From Mobula hypostoma (lineage: Eukaryota): DNA of 64,000 nt. The stretch lies in NCBI RefSeq assembly GCF_963921235.1, contig NC_086108.1:13826001-13890000 (forward strand), given 5' to 3'. A model generated the notes under the pieces. The model was not told where the DNA came from. It made no database searches and saw only the letters and a list, made by a program, of their open reading frames with translations. Position numbers and translations under genes: made by a program. This document shows, one piece after another, positions 63,197 to 64,000 of the stretch (its first letter is position 1; every line of letters begins with the position of its first letter).

Positions 63197-64000
63197 ATCA
63201 TAAACACAAAATACTCTGCAGATGCTGGAGTCAAAGCAACACTCACAACACACTGCAGGAACTCAGCAGGTCGGGCAGCGTCCGTGGAAATGATGGGGGA
63301 GGGGAAGCAGGGAGGGGATAGGCAGGAAACGTGAAGAAGGAATAGGGGAAAACACAATGGGTAGTAGAAGGAGGCGGAACCATGAGGGAGGGATAGGCAG
63401 CTGGGGGAGATTCCCAGTTCCTCTGCCTCCACCGCATCTGCTCCCAGGATGAGGCTTTCTGTTCCAGGACATCTCAAATATCCTCTTTCTTTAAGGATCG
63501 TGGTTTCCTCTCTGCCGCCATCAATGATGTCCTCACCCTCGTCTCCTCCATTTCCCGCACTTCGGCCCTCACCCCATCCTCCCGCCACCACAACAGGGAC
63601 AGAATTCCCATTGTCTTCACCTACCACCCCACCAGCCTCCGGATCCAGCACATTATCCTCCGCAACTTCCGCCACCTTCAACAGGACCCCACCACTAAGC
63701 ACATTTTTCCCTCCCCACCATTCTCCGCTTTCTGCAGGGATCGTTCCCTCCACGACTCCCTGGTCCACACGTCCCTCCCCATGGATCTCCCACCCGGCAC
63801 TTATCCCTGTAAGCGTAAGTGCTACACCTGTCCCTACACCTCCTCTCTTGCCACCATTCAGGGCTCCAAACAGTCCTTCCAGGTGAGGCAACACTTCACT
63901 TGTGAGTCTGTTGGGGTCATATATTGCATCTGGTGCTCCCGGTGCGGCCTCCTCTACATCGGTGAAATATGTTGCAGGTTGGGGGACTGCTTCGTTGAGC
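63197..64000 (+). mobile_element. Penelope-like element with inverted 5' pLTR pieces; runs off the window
   Basis: 63197-63410 inverted pLTR; 63410-64000 RT thumb to GVIYCIWCSRCGLLYIGE. Confidence 0.9.

Overview
Eukaryotic, almost entirely transposon-derived 64 kb. No host protein-coding gene, rRNA, tRNA gene or CRISPR array can be supported. The repeat set (abundant CR1, Rex1/Babar, GIY-YIG Penelope-like elements, Tx1, L1, Vingi/Ingi-like, RTE, Gypsy, Tigger, tRNA-type SINEs) suggests a vertebrate, most likely a cartilaginous fish such as a ray; this is inference. Elements are deeply nested and several junctions keep readable target-site duplications (TSDs). Highlights: (1) minimal hammerhead ribozyme motifs in the pseudo-LTRs (pLTRs) of two Penelope-like subfamilies, including a 190-bp fold-back insertion and a 2.3-kb copy with inverted ends; (2) an 11.8-kb head-to-tail Tx1 cluster that appears to interrupt a 32-33 bp minisatellite; (3) a ~625-bp non-coding retroposon in two copies with no tRNA head; (4) a SCAN-domain Gmr1-like Gypsy relic; (5) a Tigger deletion derivative resembling mammalian MER2; (6) a MITE with a 6-bp TSD and a nested 93-bp mini-element. 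Boundaries of old fragments are approximate. Family names come from motif recognition, not database searches.
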